Notes under the pieces: model-generated | The model's database searches: none | What the model was told of the DNA's origin: nothing | Seen by the model: only the letters and a program-made list of their open reading frames with translations | DNA from: a virus | Taxonomy: Duplodnaviria; Caudoviricetes | IMG/VR virus record: IMGVR_UViG_3300046804_003398 | DNA length: 64,000 bases | Strand: one strand, 5' to 3' | Translations under genes and position numbers: made by a program | Shown here: positions 35,294 through 44,683 of the stretch, piece after piece | How positions within the stretch are numbered: the stretch's first letter is position 1 | How the letters are laid out: every line of letters starts with the position of its first letter

Positions 35294-36139
35294 ATGAAAG
35301 GTATTATTCTATCAGGTGGCACGGGTTCAAGGTTATATCCATTAACACAAACCTTGAACAAACAGCTTTTGCCTGTATACGACAAACCGATGATTTATTA
35401 TCCTCTGTCTACCATGATCAACTTTGGTATACGAGAGTTTTGTATAATTTCATCGCCCGATTATATTCTTCACTATGAAAAGTTGTTTGGTGATGGAAGT
35501 CAGTTGGGATTGAGTATAACCTACAAGGTTCAGTATAAACCACGGGGTATCGCTGAATCGTTTTTAATTGCAGACGACTTCATAGGTAATGACTCTGTTG
35601 GGTTGATCTTGGGCGACAACATCATACATGGTGCTGCACATTTAAAATCTGAAACCATCGACGGTGCAGTAATATTTGCTTATCATGTCAACAATCCAAA
35701 TGCGTATGGTGTGGTGGAGTTTGACGAAGATGGTAAGGTCATATCAATCGAAGAAAAGCCAGTGTCACCAAAAAGCAACTATGCTGTTCCTGGCTTATAT
35801 TTTTACGACAACACGGTGGTAGACAAAGCAAGAGGTCTTAAACCATCAAAACGGGGCGAACTGGAAATAACAGACCTTAACAACTTGTATTTGGCAGATG
35901 GTAAGTTAAAGGTTGTCAAATTTGAACGTGGAACTGCGTGGTTGGATGCTGGAACTCCCGAGACACTATTTCAGAGTGGAATGTATGTTCAATCTATTCA
36001 AGAAAGACAAGGAGTCAAAGTGGGTTGTATTGAAGAAGACTGTTACAGAAACAAGTTTATAACACAAGATCAACTTTCAAAAATAGTTGACAAAATGGCA
36101 AACTCAGATTACAAACAATATTTACAAAAACTACTATGA
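35294..36139 (+). CDS. rmlA: glucose-1-phosphate thymidylyltransferase
   Basis: GGTGSRLYPLT..NKQLLPVYDKPMIYYPL, LILGDNI, EEKP..PKSNYAVPGLYFYD, RGELEITD, AWLDAGT. Confidence 0.97.
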   Translation: MKGIILSGGTGSRLYPLTQTLNKQLLPVYDKPMIYYPLSTMINFGIREFCIISSPDYILHYEKLFGDGSQLGLSITYKVQYKPRGIAESFLIADDFIGNDSVGLILGDNIIHGAAHLKSETIDGAVIFAYHVNNPNAYGVVEFDEDGKVISIEEKPVSPKSNYAVPGLYFYDNTVVDKARGLKPSKRGELEITDLNNLYLADGKLKVVKFERGTAWLDAGTPETLFQSGMYVQSIQERQGVKVGCIEEDCYRNKFITQDQLSKIVDKMANSDYKQYLQKLL

Positions 36140-37002
36140 TTATACTATTTGGAGCCACGGGCTACATCGGAAGTGAATTCAAACGACAATTGGAATTGCA
36201 AAAGATCCCAGTCTTCTTGTGGCCAAATACACACAAAACAACATTTCAAGATTTGGAAAATTGGTATGACGAAGCTGGATATCCATTGATTGGTGGAGTA
36301 ATCAACGCAGCTGGATTCACTGGAAAACCAAACGTAGATGCTTGTGAACTAAACAAAGACGCAACAATTCATGGTAACATCATCTGGCCACAAATACTAA
36401 CCGATTGGTGTATGTTGAATGACATTCCACTGGGTCATGTATCCAGTGGATGTATCTACGAAGGTAGAAGATCTGATGGAAAACCTTTTACCGAAGAAGA
36501 TGCTCCAAACTTCAGTTTTGCTCAAAATAATTGTAGTTTCTATAGTGGAACAAAAGCAATTGCCGAAAACATTGTTAGCAAGTGGGAGAAGTCATACATC
36601 TGGAGATTGAGAATTCCATTTGAAGAAAAAAACAATCCTAGAAACTATTTGTCAAAGATGTTGAACTACAAGAAACTTCTCAACGCAGAAAACTCAATAT
36701 CCAATAAACAAGAGTTTGTGTCTGCTTGTATTGAGACCATGAACAAGAATGTTCCATATGGAATCTACAACGTGACAAACACTGGATTCACTACCACAGA
36801 AGAAGTGGTCAAGATTTTGAAAAACACTATTGCAAAAAACAGAAAGTTTGAGTTTGTAGATGATGAAGAGTTCTACAAGATCTTTGCAAAAACACCTCGT
36901 TCAAATTGTGTGATGAGTAACGAGAAACTTTTATCAACTGGAATCAAGATGCGAACCACCGAGGAAGCATTGAGTTACTGTGTAAAAAACTGGATTGAAT
37001 AA
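36136..37002 (+). CDS. NDP-4-keto-6-deoxyglucose 3,5-epimerase/4-reductase (NRS/ER-like, RmlD superfamily)
   Basis: GATGYIG, NAAGFTGKPNVDACE, SSGCIY, SFYSGTKA, RLRIP..NPRNY, PRSNC match plant/fungal NRS/ER-type motifs. Confidence 0.85.
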   Translation: MIILFGATGYIGSEFKRQLELQKIPVFLWPNTHKTTFQDLENWYDEAGYPLIGGVINAAGFTGKPNVDACELNKDATIHGNIIWPQILTDWCMLNDIPLGHVSSGCIYEGRRSDGKPFTEEDAPNFSFAQNNCSFYSGTKAIAENIVSKWEKSYIWRLRIPFEEKNNPRNYLSKMLNYKKLLNAENSISNKQEFVSACIETMNKNVPYGIYNVTNTGFTTTEEVVKILKNTIAKNRKFEFVDDEEFYKIFAKTPRSNCVMSNEKLLSTGIKMRTTEEALSYCVKNWIE

Positions 37003-37004
37003 GT

Positions 37005-37964
37005 ATGAACATATTAGTTACAGGCGGATGTGGATTTATTGGGTCTCACTTTATAGAAGAAATCATAAACAGACCCGATGTTAAAACTATTGTTAACGTA
37101 GATTGCATGACTTATGCGGCAAACAAAAACTTGCCATTTGAGTCCAATCCAAAGTATATTCACCATCAATTAGACATCAGTAAAGATTCACTTCTCGGAT
37201 TGTTGAAGGGATATGATATTGATAATGTCATTCATTTTGCAGCTGAAAGTCATGTTGACAATAGTATCAGTAATGCTGGTCCATTCATACAAACAAATAT
37301 TATAGGCACCCATAACATTTTGGTGGATTTGTTACAGTGGAAACAACAAAAGAACTTTAGGTTTGTTCATGTATCAACTGACGAAGTATACGGAACGTTA
37401 AACAGCAAAGAATCAGCATTTAGTGTTGATAGTCCGTATCGTCCAAATAGTCCATATGCGGCTAGTAAAGCGGCTAGTGACTTGTTGGTGAGGAGTTACG
37501 TCAGAACATACAAGTTGCCAGCTATTATCACCAACTGTAGCAACAACTATGGTCCTCGACAGTTTCCAGAGAAGATGATTCCATTGTGTATAGAACGTCT
37601 CAAGAACAAACAACCAATTCCTTTGTATGGAACTGGTCAAAACGTAAGAGACTGGATTTACGTAAAAGATCATGTGAGAGCACTATGGACCGTATTACGT
37701 GAGGGTATTATAGGAAAACAGTATTTGATTGGTGGCGATAATGAAGTAACCAATTTTGAACTGATTCATTGCATACGTGATGCCTACAGATCAATTACTG
37801 GTATTGACCCAGAACAATGGGAATGGTTTAAATACGTCGAAGATAGAAAAGGTCATGATCTTCGTTATGCAATTGACACATCCGATTATAAACTTGAATT
37901 CTCACGATTGGAATTAACAGATTTTAATCAAGCGCTTTCTGACACAATCAGGTCATATTTATAA
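37005..37964 (+). CDS. rmlB: dTDP-glucose 4,6-dehydratase
   Basis: GGCGFIGS, HFAAESHVDNSI, HVSTDEVYG, YAASKAA, NNYGPRQFPEK, RDWIYV.DH, DRKGHDLRY. Confidence 0.97.
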   Translation: MNILVTGGCGFIGSHFIEEIINRPDVKTIVNVDCMTYAANKNLPFESNPKYIHHQLDISKDSLLGLLKGYDIDNVIHFAAESHVDNSISNAGPFIQTNIIGTHNILVDLLQWKQQKNFRFVHVSTDEVYGTLNSKESAFSVDSPYRPNSPYAASKAASDLLVRSYVRTYKLPAIITNCSNNYGPRQFPEKMIPLCIERLKNKQPIPLYGTGQNVRDWIYVKDHVRALWTVLREGIIGKQYLIGGDNEVTNFELIHCIRDAYRSITGIDPEQWEWFKYVEDRKGHDLRYAIDTSDYKLEFSRLELTDFNQALSDTIRSYL

Positions 37965-37967
37965 TAT

Positions 37968-38348
37968 GTGGCAATTAGAATTTATTCTAAATTCGCTAAG
38001 GATCTGACACTGATCGAAGAAAAAGCGTGTGCCAAAATGGTATCAAGCGGTGCCATATATAATGTCTATGTGGAGTGCTGTAACCCCGAGAATCCTCCAA
38101 ACAATCAAGTATTTATTGCTAAAGATGGAGATAAGTTTGTTGGGTGGTCAATCATAAAACATGATCGAAAGAAAAAGTGGCAATTCATGGTCTATGTTAA
38201 AACCAGTCATAGACGACAAGGTATAGGAACAAAACTCTACGAACGATCAAGAAAGTTCTTTAGACTAAAAGACAAAGAAATAACCGTGTATAGGACCAAC
38301 AATCCCAATACACGGTTTTTTGATGCGATAAAGAAACCTGAGCTTTAA
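37968..38348 (+). CDS. GNAT-family acetyltransferase
   Basis: FMVYVKTSHRRQGIGTKL motif A. Confidence 0.85.
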   Translation: MAIRIYSKFAKDLTLIEEKACAKMVSSGAIYNVYVECCNPENPPNNQVFIAKDGDKFVGWSIIKHDRKKKWQFMVYVKTSHRRQGIGTKLYERSRKFFRLKDKEITVYRTNNPNTRFFDAIKKPEL

Positions 38349-38611
38349 TATCCGTTCTGTCTAAGAAATCCAATACCAAAGCCCAACAATTGAATCTTGA
38401 AACCAAAGTGGATATCAGACTTCACGACGTTCACAGTTGTTGGTGCGTTAAAAGCATAAATAACTGATTCTTGCACATCCATATCTTCACGAAATGGACC
38501 CTTCTCAAAGTATGGATAAAAGAAGGTCAAGCTGAAATAGTCATACCACTGTTTTTCAAAGTTCAATTGAAAACATGGGTATATGATTTTGAATGTTGGT
38601 TTATAACTCAT
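38345..38611 (-). CDS. hypothetical protein
   Basis: 88-aa aromatic-rich ORF. Confidence 0.6.
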   Translation of the reverse strand: MSYKPTFKIIYPCFQLNFEKQWYDYFSLTFFYPYFEKGPFREDMDVQESVIYAFNAPTTVNVVKSDIHFGFKIQLLGFGIGFLRQNGY

Positions 38612-38617
38612 ATATGA

Positions 38618-39142
38618 TTATATATCAAACTGTTTACCGTCAAAGTATGCTTTACATCCTAAAATTCTATCAATCGTGTGAACTTCTACCCCAGATTCAT
38701 TGAACATTGTGAAAGTAGCATTGTCATGTCCCTTCCATTGTTCTCGTTGTGTTGCATTACACAAATCATTAAATTGTTGATGTATATAAACACGTTTGAT
38801 ACCACTTTGAATGATTCCTCTAGCACAATCAGCACATGGCAAAGCATTGGTATAAAGAATAGCTCCATCCGTATTTATACCATACTTGGCAGCTGCGTAA
38901 ATGGCATTACGTTCACCGTGTTCATACCACTTGTATTTTTCTGGTCGTTCGTGGCGTGACTTATTTTTATCATCTACACCAATAGGAATACCGTTGTATC
39001 CAGTTGAAATGATGCGTTTATCTTTTACAATAAGCGCACCAATCTTGGTCTTGGGATCTTTGGATTTGCTAGCAACCCAATAAACGCCTTGCAAAAACCA
39101 TTCGTTCCAATCTGGCGGTGTAGGAAAGTTATTATCACTCAT
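38618..39142 (-). CDS. dCMP deaminase family protein
   Basis: SKDPKTKIGA, STGYNG, HGERNAI, PCADC; start reset to MSDNNF. Confidence 0.92.
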   Translation of the reverse strand: MSDNNFPTPPDWNEWFLQGVYWVASKSKDPKTKIGALIVKDKRIISTGYNGIPIGVDDKNKSRHERPEKYKWYEHGERNAIYAAAKYGINTDGAILYTNALPCADCARGIIQSGIKRVYIHQQFNDLCNATQREQWKGHDNATFTMFNESGVEVHTIDRILGCKAYFDGKQFDI

Positions 39143-39174
39143 ACACCCAAATATACACGAACAATTTATGTATG

Positions 39175-39786
39175 TCAATCTTGATCTTTGGGGAGAATTT
39201 TTATAGATCCAATGTAACCATAAACATCATTTCGTGTTGCTGTAGAAAGCACATGATATACATGACCATCACGATTAACAATACGATATGAACATGTAGA
39301 ATTACGTTTGTCTTCTATAGCAGAGTCCCATTCAAGTATTACACGTTCACGATCATCTTCATGGATTATGTTTCTCCAACCATTACCAAGAAAATATGAT
39401 TCACTGTATTTTGTGATTTGACAATACTTTTCATTGACCCAAGTGCATTTGCCTTCGGTATCACACTCAAAAATCGGTTCATCTCTGTTATCAAGAATCC
39501 AACGTTGTCTGTGACATATTTGGTTGGTAATTTTGGTGTTTTCCTCGATTTTTTTATCAATCTTATCTATTTTGTCCTTGATACTTGATCCATGATTAGG
39601 AGTCAGTTCAGAATAAATGAACGATATCATCTTGTGAGTCTTTGAAATACCATCATATTCTTGTTTAATTTTTGAAAACAAATATTTAGTAATCTTGTAT
39701 AAAATTGCAGACACAGCACTTGCTGCTATAATAAATTGAAAATCGAAATATAGATTGGACAAATTAATAGATTTTAAAAATTCCAT
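39175..39786 (-). CDS. membrane-anchored PAS-domain protein
   Basis: N-terminal TM, ELTPNHGSSIKDKID segment, then PAS: FECDTEGKCTWVN..LGNGWRNIIHEDDRERV..W..YRI. Confidence 0.85.
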   Translation of the reverse strand: MEFLKSINLSNLYFDFQFIIAASAVSAILYKITKYLFSKIKQEYDGISKTHKMISFIYSELTPNHGSSIKDKIDKIDKKIEENTKITNQICHRQRWILDNRDEPIFECDTEGKCTWVNEKYCQITKYSESYFLGNGWRNIIHEDDRERVILEWDSAIEDKRNSTCSYRIVNRDGHVYHVLSTATRNDVYGYIGSIKILPKDQD

Positions 39787-39825
39787 ATTTATGTTATAAT
39801 AAATATTGATCGTTACGCCGTAAAT

Positions 39826-39852
39826 AAAAAAACTCTGAGAGTATCAGAGTTT
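39826..39852 (-). terminator. intrinsic terminator
   Basis: AAACTCTGA/TCAGAGTTT hairpin followed by a T-run on the minus strand. Confidence 0.65.
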
Positions 39853-39879
39853 AGTTACAAAAACGTTGATTTTATTGGT

Positions 39880-40443
39880 TTAATCCCATAATTGTTGATA
39901 GTATTCAGCAAACAACAACATTCCTTTTTTACGTCGTTCTTCTAACTCTTCGGATTTCTTAAGATAATCAGCCCAAGCTTGTTTTTGTTCTGGTGTTTTT
40001 TCACGGTTAATATGTTTCATACATTCTTCCATATTACCAATATCATATGTATACTTAGGAATTGGATTAAACTTTTCTTCATCTTCCATATACTCAAACG
40101 TCCAAATGAGTTCATCCAAAATTTCCTCCCAACGTTCAGGCGTAATATCCGGTGGGTGTGTATGAACATTAATCTTCTTGAAGTGTTTCAGTCTGGGTAG
40201 AATAAACTTTGTAAATGTATAATCCAAACTCCAACATTCACTATCACTAACACCATAACGCATGCGTTGATAGGTGCTAATAATCCAACGTTTTACGTCA
40301 TAATACTTGTAGTAGATACGCCATCCATAAGCAACATGGTCCAATATCCAATCACCATATTTGTTGGTTTTATACCATGGCTCCAACGATGTATCCTCAG
40401 CTTTCTCTAGGCTCTCATTAATTTTTTTGACATCAAAGTTCAT
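39880..40443 (-). CDS. conserved phage hypothetical protein
   Basis: ECWSLDYT..ILPRLKHFK..W.EILDELIWTF..KKGMLLFAEYY..LWD. Confidence 0.75.
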   Translation of the reverse strand: MNFDVKKINESLEKAEDTSLEPWYKTNKYGDWILDHVAYGWRIYYKYYDVKRWIISTYQRMRYGVSDSECWSLDYTFTKFILPRLKHFKKINVHTHPPDITPERWEEILDELIWTFEYMEDEEKFNPIPKYTYDIGNMEECMKHINREKTPEQKQAWADYLKKSEELEERRKKGMLLFAEYYQQLWD

Positions 40444-40454
40444 ATTATTGTTTA

Positions 40455-40482
40455 ATTATCACAGACGAAATAAAAAAGTCAA
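40455..40482 (-). promoter_or_regulatory. sigma70-type promoter (TTGACT-N16-GATAAT)
   Basis: Hexamers with TGn upstream of 40443. Confidence 0.65.
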
Positions 40483-40540
40483 CACTAAAGTTTTGTTTTT
40501 ACTTTCCTTCAAATGCGTGTTACTATTTATACACAGATAT

Positions 40541-40729
40541 ATGGAGAATTTTGGTGGGAAGATTCGTGGAATAAGGTTCTTGATCAAAGATGCGAAAACA
40601 ATTCGTATCTGGAAACCTGCGGACATGCCATTAGAAGATTTCAGACCACAATGTGACCTTGTAGTCAAGTATATCATTGACGAAGGATTTTACAACAAAA
40701 AGAGTTGTAAAGTTGAAATTGTCTTTTGA
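40541..40729 (+). CDS. small hypothetical protein
   Basis: MENFGGKIRG...; TATTTATA motif 10 nt upstream. Confidence 0.6.
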   Translation: MENFGGKIRGIRFLIKDAKTIRIWKPADMPLEDFRPQCDLVVKYIIDEGFYNKKSCKVEIVF

Positions 40730-40733
40730 AGTT

Positions 40734-41267
40734 ATGCAAAATTTGTTACATCTAAATCAACACAAAGAGTTTCCAGAAATCATCAACACGATTGTAGAAA
40801 TTCCAAAAGACACAAACACCAAGTATGAATATGATCCAGTGAGTGGATTGATGAAGCTAGACAGATGTTTAATCAGTTCACTACAATATCCTGCAAACTA
40901 TGGATTCATACCCAATACAAAAGCAGAAGATGGTGATCCAGTAGATGTTTTGATTTTTAACAGTGCTCCTTTGCACCCACTAACATTGGTTGAGGTAAGA
41001 GTTCTTGGCGCATTGGTCACTTATGATCATGGTAAGAAAGACTACAAAGTAATAGGAGTTCCACTATTCAATCCAAACAATTACCAAGATATTGATGATA
41101 TTGATCCAATGTTCTTGACGGTTGCTGAAGAATTCTTTAGAATATACAAGAAGGTTAACCGAAAGCCAAACCCAATAAAAATCAAAGGTTGGATCGACAA
41201 CAAAAAAGCAAAACAATACCTACGAGAGACTTTTATTGGGTCGGCAAATCCCCAAACTTCAAAATAG
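40734..41267 (+). CDS. ppa: family I inorganic pyrophosphatase
   Basis: VEIPKDTNTKYEYD, LDRCL..YPANYGFIPNT.AEDGDPVDVL, DHGKKDYKVI. Confidence 0.95.
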   Translation: MQNLLHLNQHKEFPEIINTIVEIPKDTNTKYEYDPVSGLMKLDRCLISSLQYPANYGFIPNTKAEDGDPVDVLIFNSAPLHPLTLVEVRVLGALVTYDHGKKDYKVIGVPLFNPNNYQDIDDIDPMFLTVAEEFFRIYKKVNRKPNPIKIKGWIDNKKAKQYLRETFIGSANPQTSK

Positions 41268-41700
41268 ACTTTCCCTTCATCAACTGTTCTACAGTGTCTA
41301 ACATCTTGGGATTTGTATCTCTAATTTCATTTTCCAGTTCATCAAGCAAATCTGTGATATGATTTGCACTAGCATTTTCTAAAAGCATTCTTGTTTTGAT
41401 GACATAGTGATTATCTACGTTTTTTGAATCTTTTAGTTTGTATACTTTGGTTAATAAGCCAAATGACGGATCTGGAATGTCATCATTTTCAAGTGATTTG
41501 AAATAATCAAAACCCTGGGTATCTTTCAACTCAAACATATCAACACAATCCAGATGTTCGTAGTTGCCAAATATGTGTTCTATACACAACGTGGCTGCTT
41601 CTATGAGTTGATACTCCTTGTTAATGGATTCTTTTGACTTTTCCAAATCCACTTTACACTTCCAATTTGATCCCTCAACAATATATGTTTCGGTTCTCAT
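41233..41700 (-). CDS. hypothetical protein
   Basis: 155-aa ORF; N-terminal WKCKVD..EAAT resembles 49642-50016 (WSSIVEVD..EACT). Confidence 0.7.
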   Translation of the reverse strand: MRTETYIVEGSNWKCKVDLEKSKESINKEYQLIEAATLCIEHIFGNYEHLDCVDMFELKDTQGFDYFKSLENDDIPDPSFGLLTKVYKLKDSKNVDNHYVIKTRMLLENASANHITDLLDELENEIRDTNPKMLDTVEQLMKGKSILKFGDLPTQ

Positions 41701-41703
41701 TCA

Positions 41704-42498
41704 TCAATAAATATCAGCAGGTCTTGGTTCAGCCTCGTTATAGAAGATAATATTCTCAGGTTCTTTTGTTGGTGCTGGTCTTGACAAAAAGTCAAAACTA
41801 TAACTATACTTGCCAATGTGTGCCAATCGAATAGTTGTATCGCAGTAAATGGTGACACCAGACTTCTTGGCTCTGTGACAAAAAGCAAAATCTTCACCCA
41901 CATAGTCCTCACCGATAATCATAGGCAAAAACCATGGGTGAACTGTATATTGACCTCCCCAGATTTTCACCGGATTCATATCATACTGTATCTTGATATT
42001 TTCGTAAACACTCACATGTGTATACATAAACCCAGTAGCCGCATATTCAACTTCATAAAGAGCACCATGTCTACCAAATAAAATCTTATCATAACCATCA
42101 AGAAACTTTGTGGTCAACGCAGGCCATCCTTTTACAGTATATGCTCCCGTCACAAATGGATAAGCTCCACCAAAAATTATATTTCGATTGATGATCTTGT
42201 ATATGTCGGTTGGATGAAAAGCAATATCACTGTCGATCCAAAATAGATGTTCATAATCTTCATCAATTGCTTGTTGTGCCATTACACATCGACCTTGATC
42301 AATAGCACTAAATCCATATTTTCTGTATACCTTTATGCCATCTTTTTCAAGTTGTCTCAGTGATTCATCGCAGGCGGGTTCTATATGTGAACCAACGGGC
42401 ACCAAAATAATAGTTTTTCGCTTTACTTCATCAGTCAAAATATGTTCGTTTGGCACAGACACAATACCGACGACCTTCGGTTCTTTAGTAAACATCAT
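41704..42498 (-). CDS. GT-A glycosyltransferase
   Basis: SAIDQGRC, LFWIDSDIAF, ATGF, GEDFAFC.RA..SG..IYCD...RLAHIG. Confidence 0.85.
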   Translation of the reverse strand: MMFTKEPKVVGIVSVPNEHILTDEVKRKTIILVPVGSHIEPACDESLRQLEKDGIKVYRKYGFSAIDQGRCVMAQQAIDEDYEHLFWIDSDIAFHPTDIYKIINRNIIFGGAYPFVTGAYTVKGWPALTTKFLDGYDKILFGRHGALYEVEYAATGFMYTHVSVYENIKIQYDMNPVKIWGGQYTVHPWFLPMIIGEDYVGEDFAFCHRAKKSGVTIYCDTTIRLAHIGKYSYSFDFLSRPAPTKEPENIIFYNEAEPRPADIY

Positions 42499-42565
42499 AT
42501 GAAATATATAATGTTGATATGATTCTTTTGGGTTATTTTAATTGAGTCAGACATATTTATAAGAT

Positions 42566-42931
42566 ATGTTAGTCACATCTCTATTAACCATACATAACCA
42601 ACTTAAAATTTATCATTGGCAAACCAAAGGTAAAGGTAGCTACGCTCAACATCAAGCACTAGGTGGTGCATACGACGCATTCACAGAGTCAATTGACGAG
42701 TTTGTTGAAGTGTTTATGGGTAAGTATGGTAGAGTTCAAGGACCATTTCAAATTGAGTTGTCAAACTATGAAGGTAAAAATGTCGAAGCATTCGTAAACA
42801 AATCAGTGGATTATCTAATTAACGATCTTCCAAAAGAATTGGATGCCAAAAAAGACACAGATCTTCTCAATATTCGTGATGAAATGTTGGGTGAATTAAA
42901 TAAACTCAAGTATCTACTAACATTGGAATAG
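42566..42931 (+). CDS. ferritin-like four-helix protein (DUF5856-like)
   Basis: LKIYHWQT..YAQH.ALG.AYD...D.FVE..MGKYGR, DLLNIRDEML..LNKLKYLLTL. Confidence 0.8.
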   Translation: MLVTSLLTIHNQLKIYHWQTKGKGSYAQHQALGGAYDAFTESIDEFVEVFMGKYGRVQGPFQIELSNYEGKNVEAFVNKSVDYLINDLPKELDAKKDTDLLNIRDEMLGELNKLKYLLTLE

Positions 42932-42932
42932 C

Positions 42933-43403
42933 ATGCCTTACGAATATAATGCTACTGTTACCCAAGTTGTTGATGGAGATACAATCGTTGTTGATATTGA
43001 CTTGGGATTTAATGTAAAGTTTCAAAACCAAAAAGTTAGACTATTGGGTATTGATACTCCAGAAAGTAGAACCACTGACAAAGTTGAAAAACAATTTGGA
43101 CTAGCAAGCAAAGATTTTGTCAAGAAGTTCATAACCGATTGCAAAAATGAAGTGATTGTAAGAACTCATATTTCGAGTGATACAGACGCAGATGGTAGAG
43201 AAAAGTTTGGTAGACTACTTGGAGAAATAATCAATCCTACTACCAAAACTGTATTGAATGACGAACTGATTGCTAAAAACTATGCAGTCAAGTATATGGG
43301 TGAAAATAAAAGCCTTGTATCTGAACAACACAAGGCTAATCGCAAAATATTGATTGATCGTGGTGAAATCAAACTCACCTACGAACAAGCTGGTTTAAAG
43401 TAA
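42933..43403 (+). CDS. staphylococcal nuclease (thermonuclease) family protein
   Basis: VVDGDTI, VRLLGIDTPES, KFGRLLG. Confidence 0.9.
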   Translation: MPYEYNATVTQVVDGDTIVVDIDLGFNVKFQNQKVRLLGIDTPESRTTDKVEKQFGLASKDFVKKFITDCKNEVIVRTHISSDTDADGREKFGRLLGEIINPTTKTVLNDELIAKNYAVKYMGENKSLVSEQHKANRKILIDRGEIKLTYEQAGLK

Positions 43404-43405
43404 TA

Positions 43406-43501
43406 TTACTTCTTGGTAGTTGTATAATACTTTTGTTGTGGAGTTGACGTTCCAATCGGAGGATTAGATGTCGTCTTGATAGTTGTTGTTTGAGTTGCCA
43501 T
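43406..43501 (-). CDS. 31-aa Thr-rich micro-protein (not in ORF track)
   Basis: MATQTTTIKTTSNPPIGTSTPQQKYYTTTKK fills the gap between two plus-strand genes; CTATTTATG at the start. Confidence 0.5.
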   Translation of the reverse strand: MATQTTTIKTTSNPPIGTSTPQQKYYTTTKK

Positions 43502-43566
43502 AAATAGTTATTTGGTTAAAAACCCACACATAACAGTAACGTATGGATATTTATAAGTATTAGTCT

Positions 43567-43956
43567 ATGAACCCTAATTTGAAACTTATAGTTGCTAAAT
43601 TCATGAAGTTTGTCAACGATGAACTCAACATCAACCAACCATTCAGAGTTAAATTAGCAACATCCCGTGACCAAGATCTTAGAACCTATGCTTATTACAA
43701 CAAAGCTGATGGAACAATCAAGGTGTTTGTTGCAAATAGAGGTGTTGCAGACGTATTGAGAAGCATAGCACATGAATTGGTGCATCATCTTCAAAACCAA
43801 AGACAAGAGTTAGATGTAAATCACCCAGACGTTGGTGGCAAAATTGAAGATGAAGCAAATGCGGTGGCAGGTCAATTGGTTAAGAAGTTTGGTTATGCTA
43901 ATCCAAATTTAGCCATTTATTCTAAAAACTTTGATATTGACACACAACAACCATAG
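43567..43956 (+). CDS. zinc metallopeptidase-like protein
   Basis: DVLRSIAHELVHHLQ (HExxH) and downstream EDEANA. Confidence 0.75.
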   Translation: MNPNLKLIVAKFMKFVNDELNINQPFRVKLATSRDQDLRTYAYYNKADGTIKVFVANRGVADVLRSIAHELVHHLQNQRQELDVNHPDVGGKIEDEANAVAGQLVKKFGYANPNLAIYSKNFDIDTQQP

Positions 43957-43972
43957 TGTATCATATGGATAT

Positions 43973-44200
43973 ATGACATTATATCCAAATAAACAACTCC
44001 ACGTAAAAGTCGAAGACGTTCAAGCAGTATTTAGGAAATACAACATTGTTTCTGAACATCCGATTGATTATCTTAACTTTGTAGACGATATTCATCGTAT
44101 TAGTTGTGTCACATATACTCAAGTAGTTGACACCAGCTCAATTCCCCAATATAGTTTCAATTCAAATGAACAAGGAACTACAGTCATATCTCATAAATAA
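43973..44200 (+). CDS. hypothetical protein
   Basis: Start reset to MTLYP. Confidence 0.5.
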   Translation: MTLYPNKQLHVKVEDVQAVFRKYNIVSEHPIDYLNFVDDIHRISCVTYTQVVDTSSIPQYSFNSNEQGTTVISHK

Positions 44201-44666
44201 GTTTCCTAAACTCTATACAGAGGGTAGAGAAAATACTCCGTTTTCACTATTTCAATTTGAATGTGATGACGGATGGTTTAGAATCATTTTGTGGTTGAGC
44301 AGATACTTACAAAGTTATATTGATCAACAAAATAAATATTCATCGAAGTATCCAGACAAATATTTGCCAGTCAAGCAAATCAAAGTGCTTCAAGTAAAAG
44401 AGAAGTTTGGAACACTTAGATACTACGTCGAAGGTGGTAATGAAAATACTCAAAATGTAATTTCATTTGTTGAATATATCAGTGGGTATATTTGTGAAAC
44501 TACCGGCAAAACCGAAGATGTTGGATTCAATAAAAAGGGGTGGATCAAAACACAACATATCAGTCTTGCTATAAACAGAGATTTTAATTATGTTGATGAT
44601 GAAGAATTGCGTCAAATAATTAACAAACAAATGGAATTTAAGTTTGACGAAGATACCAAACGATGA
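44166..44666 (+). CDS. conserved phage hypothetical protein
   Basis: FECDDGWF, QVKEKFGTLRYY, ICETTG motif set. Confidence 0.8.
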   Translation: MNKELQSYLINKFPKLYTEGRENTPFSLFQFECDDGWFRIILWLSRYLQSYIDQQNKYSSKYPDKYLPVKQIKVLQVKEKFGTLRYYVEGGNENTQNVISFVEYISGYICETTGKTEDVGFNKKGWIKTQHISLAINRDFNYVDDEELRQIINKQMEFKFDEDTKR

Positions 44667-44683
44667 TATGTATTGTATAAGTT

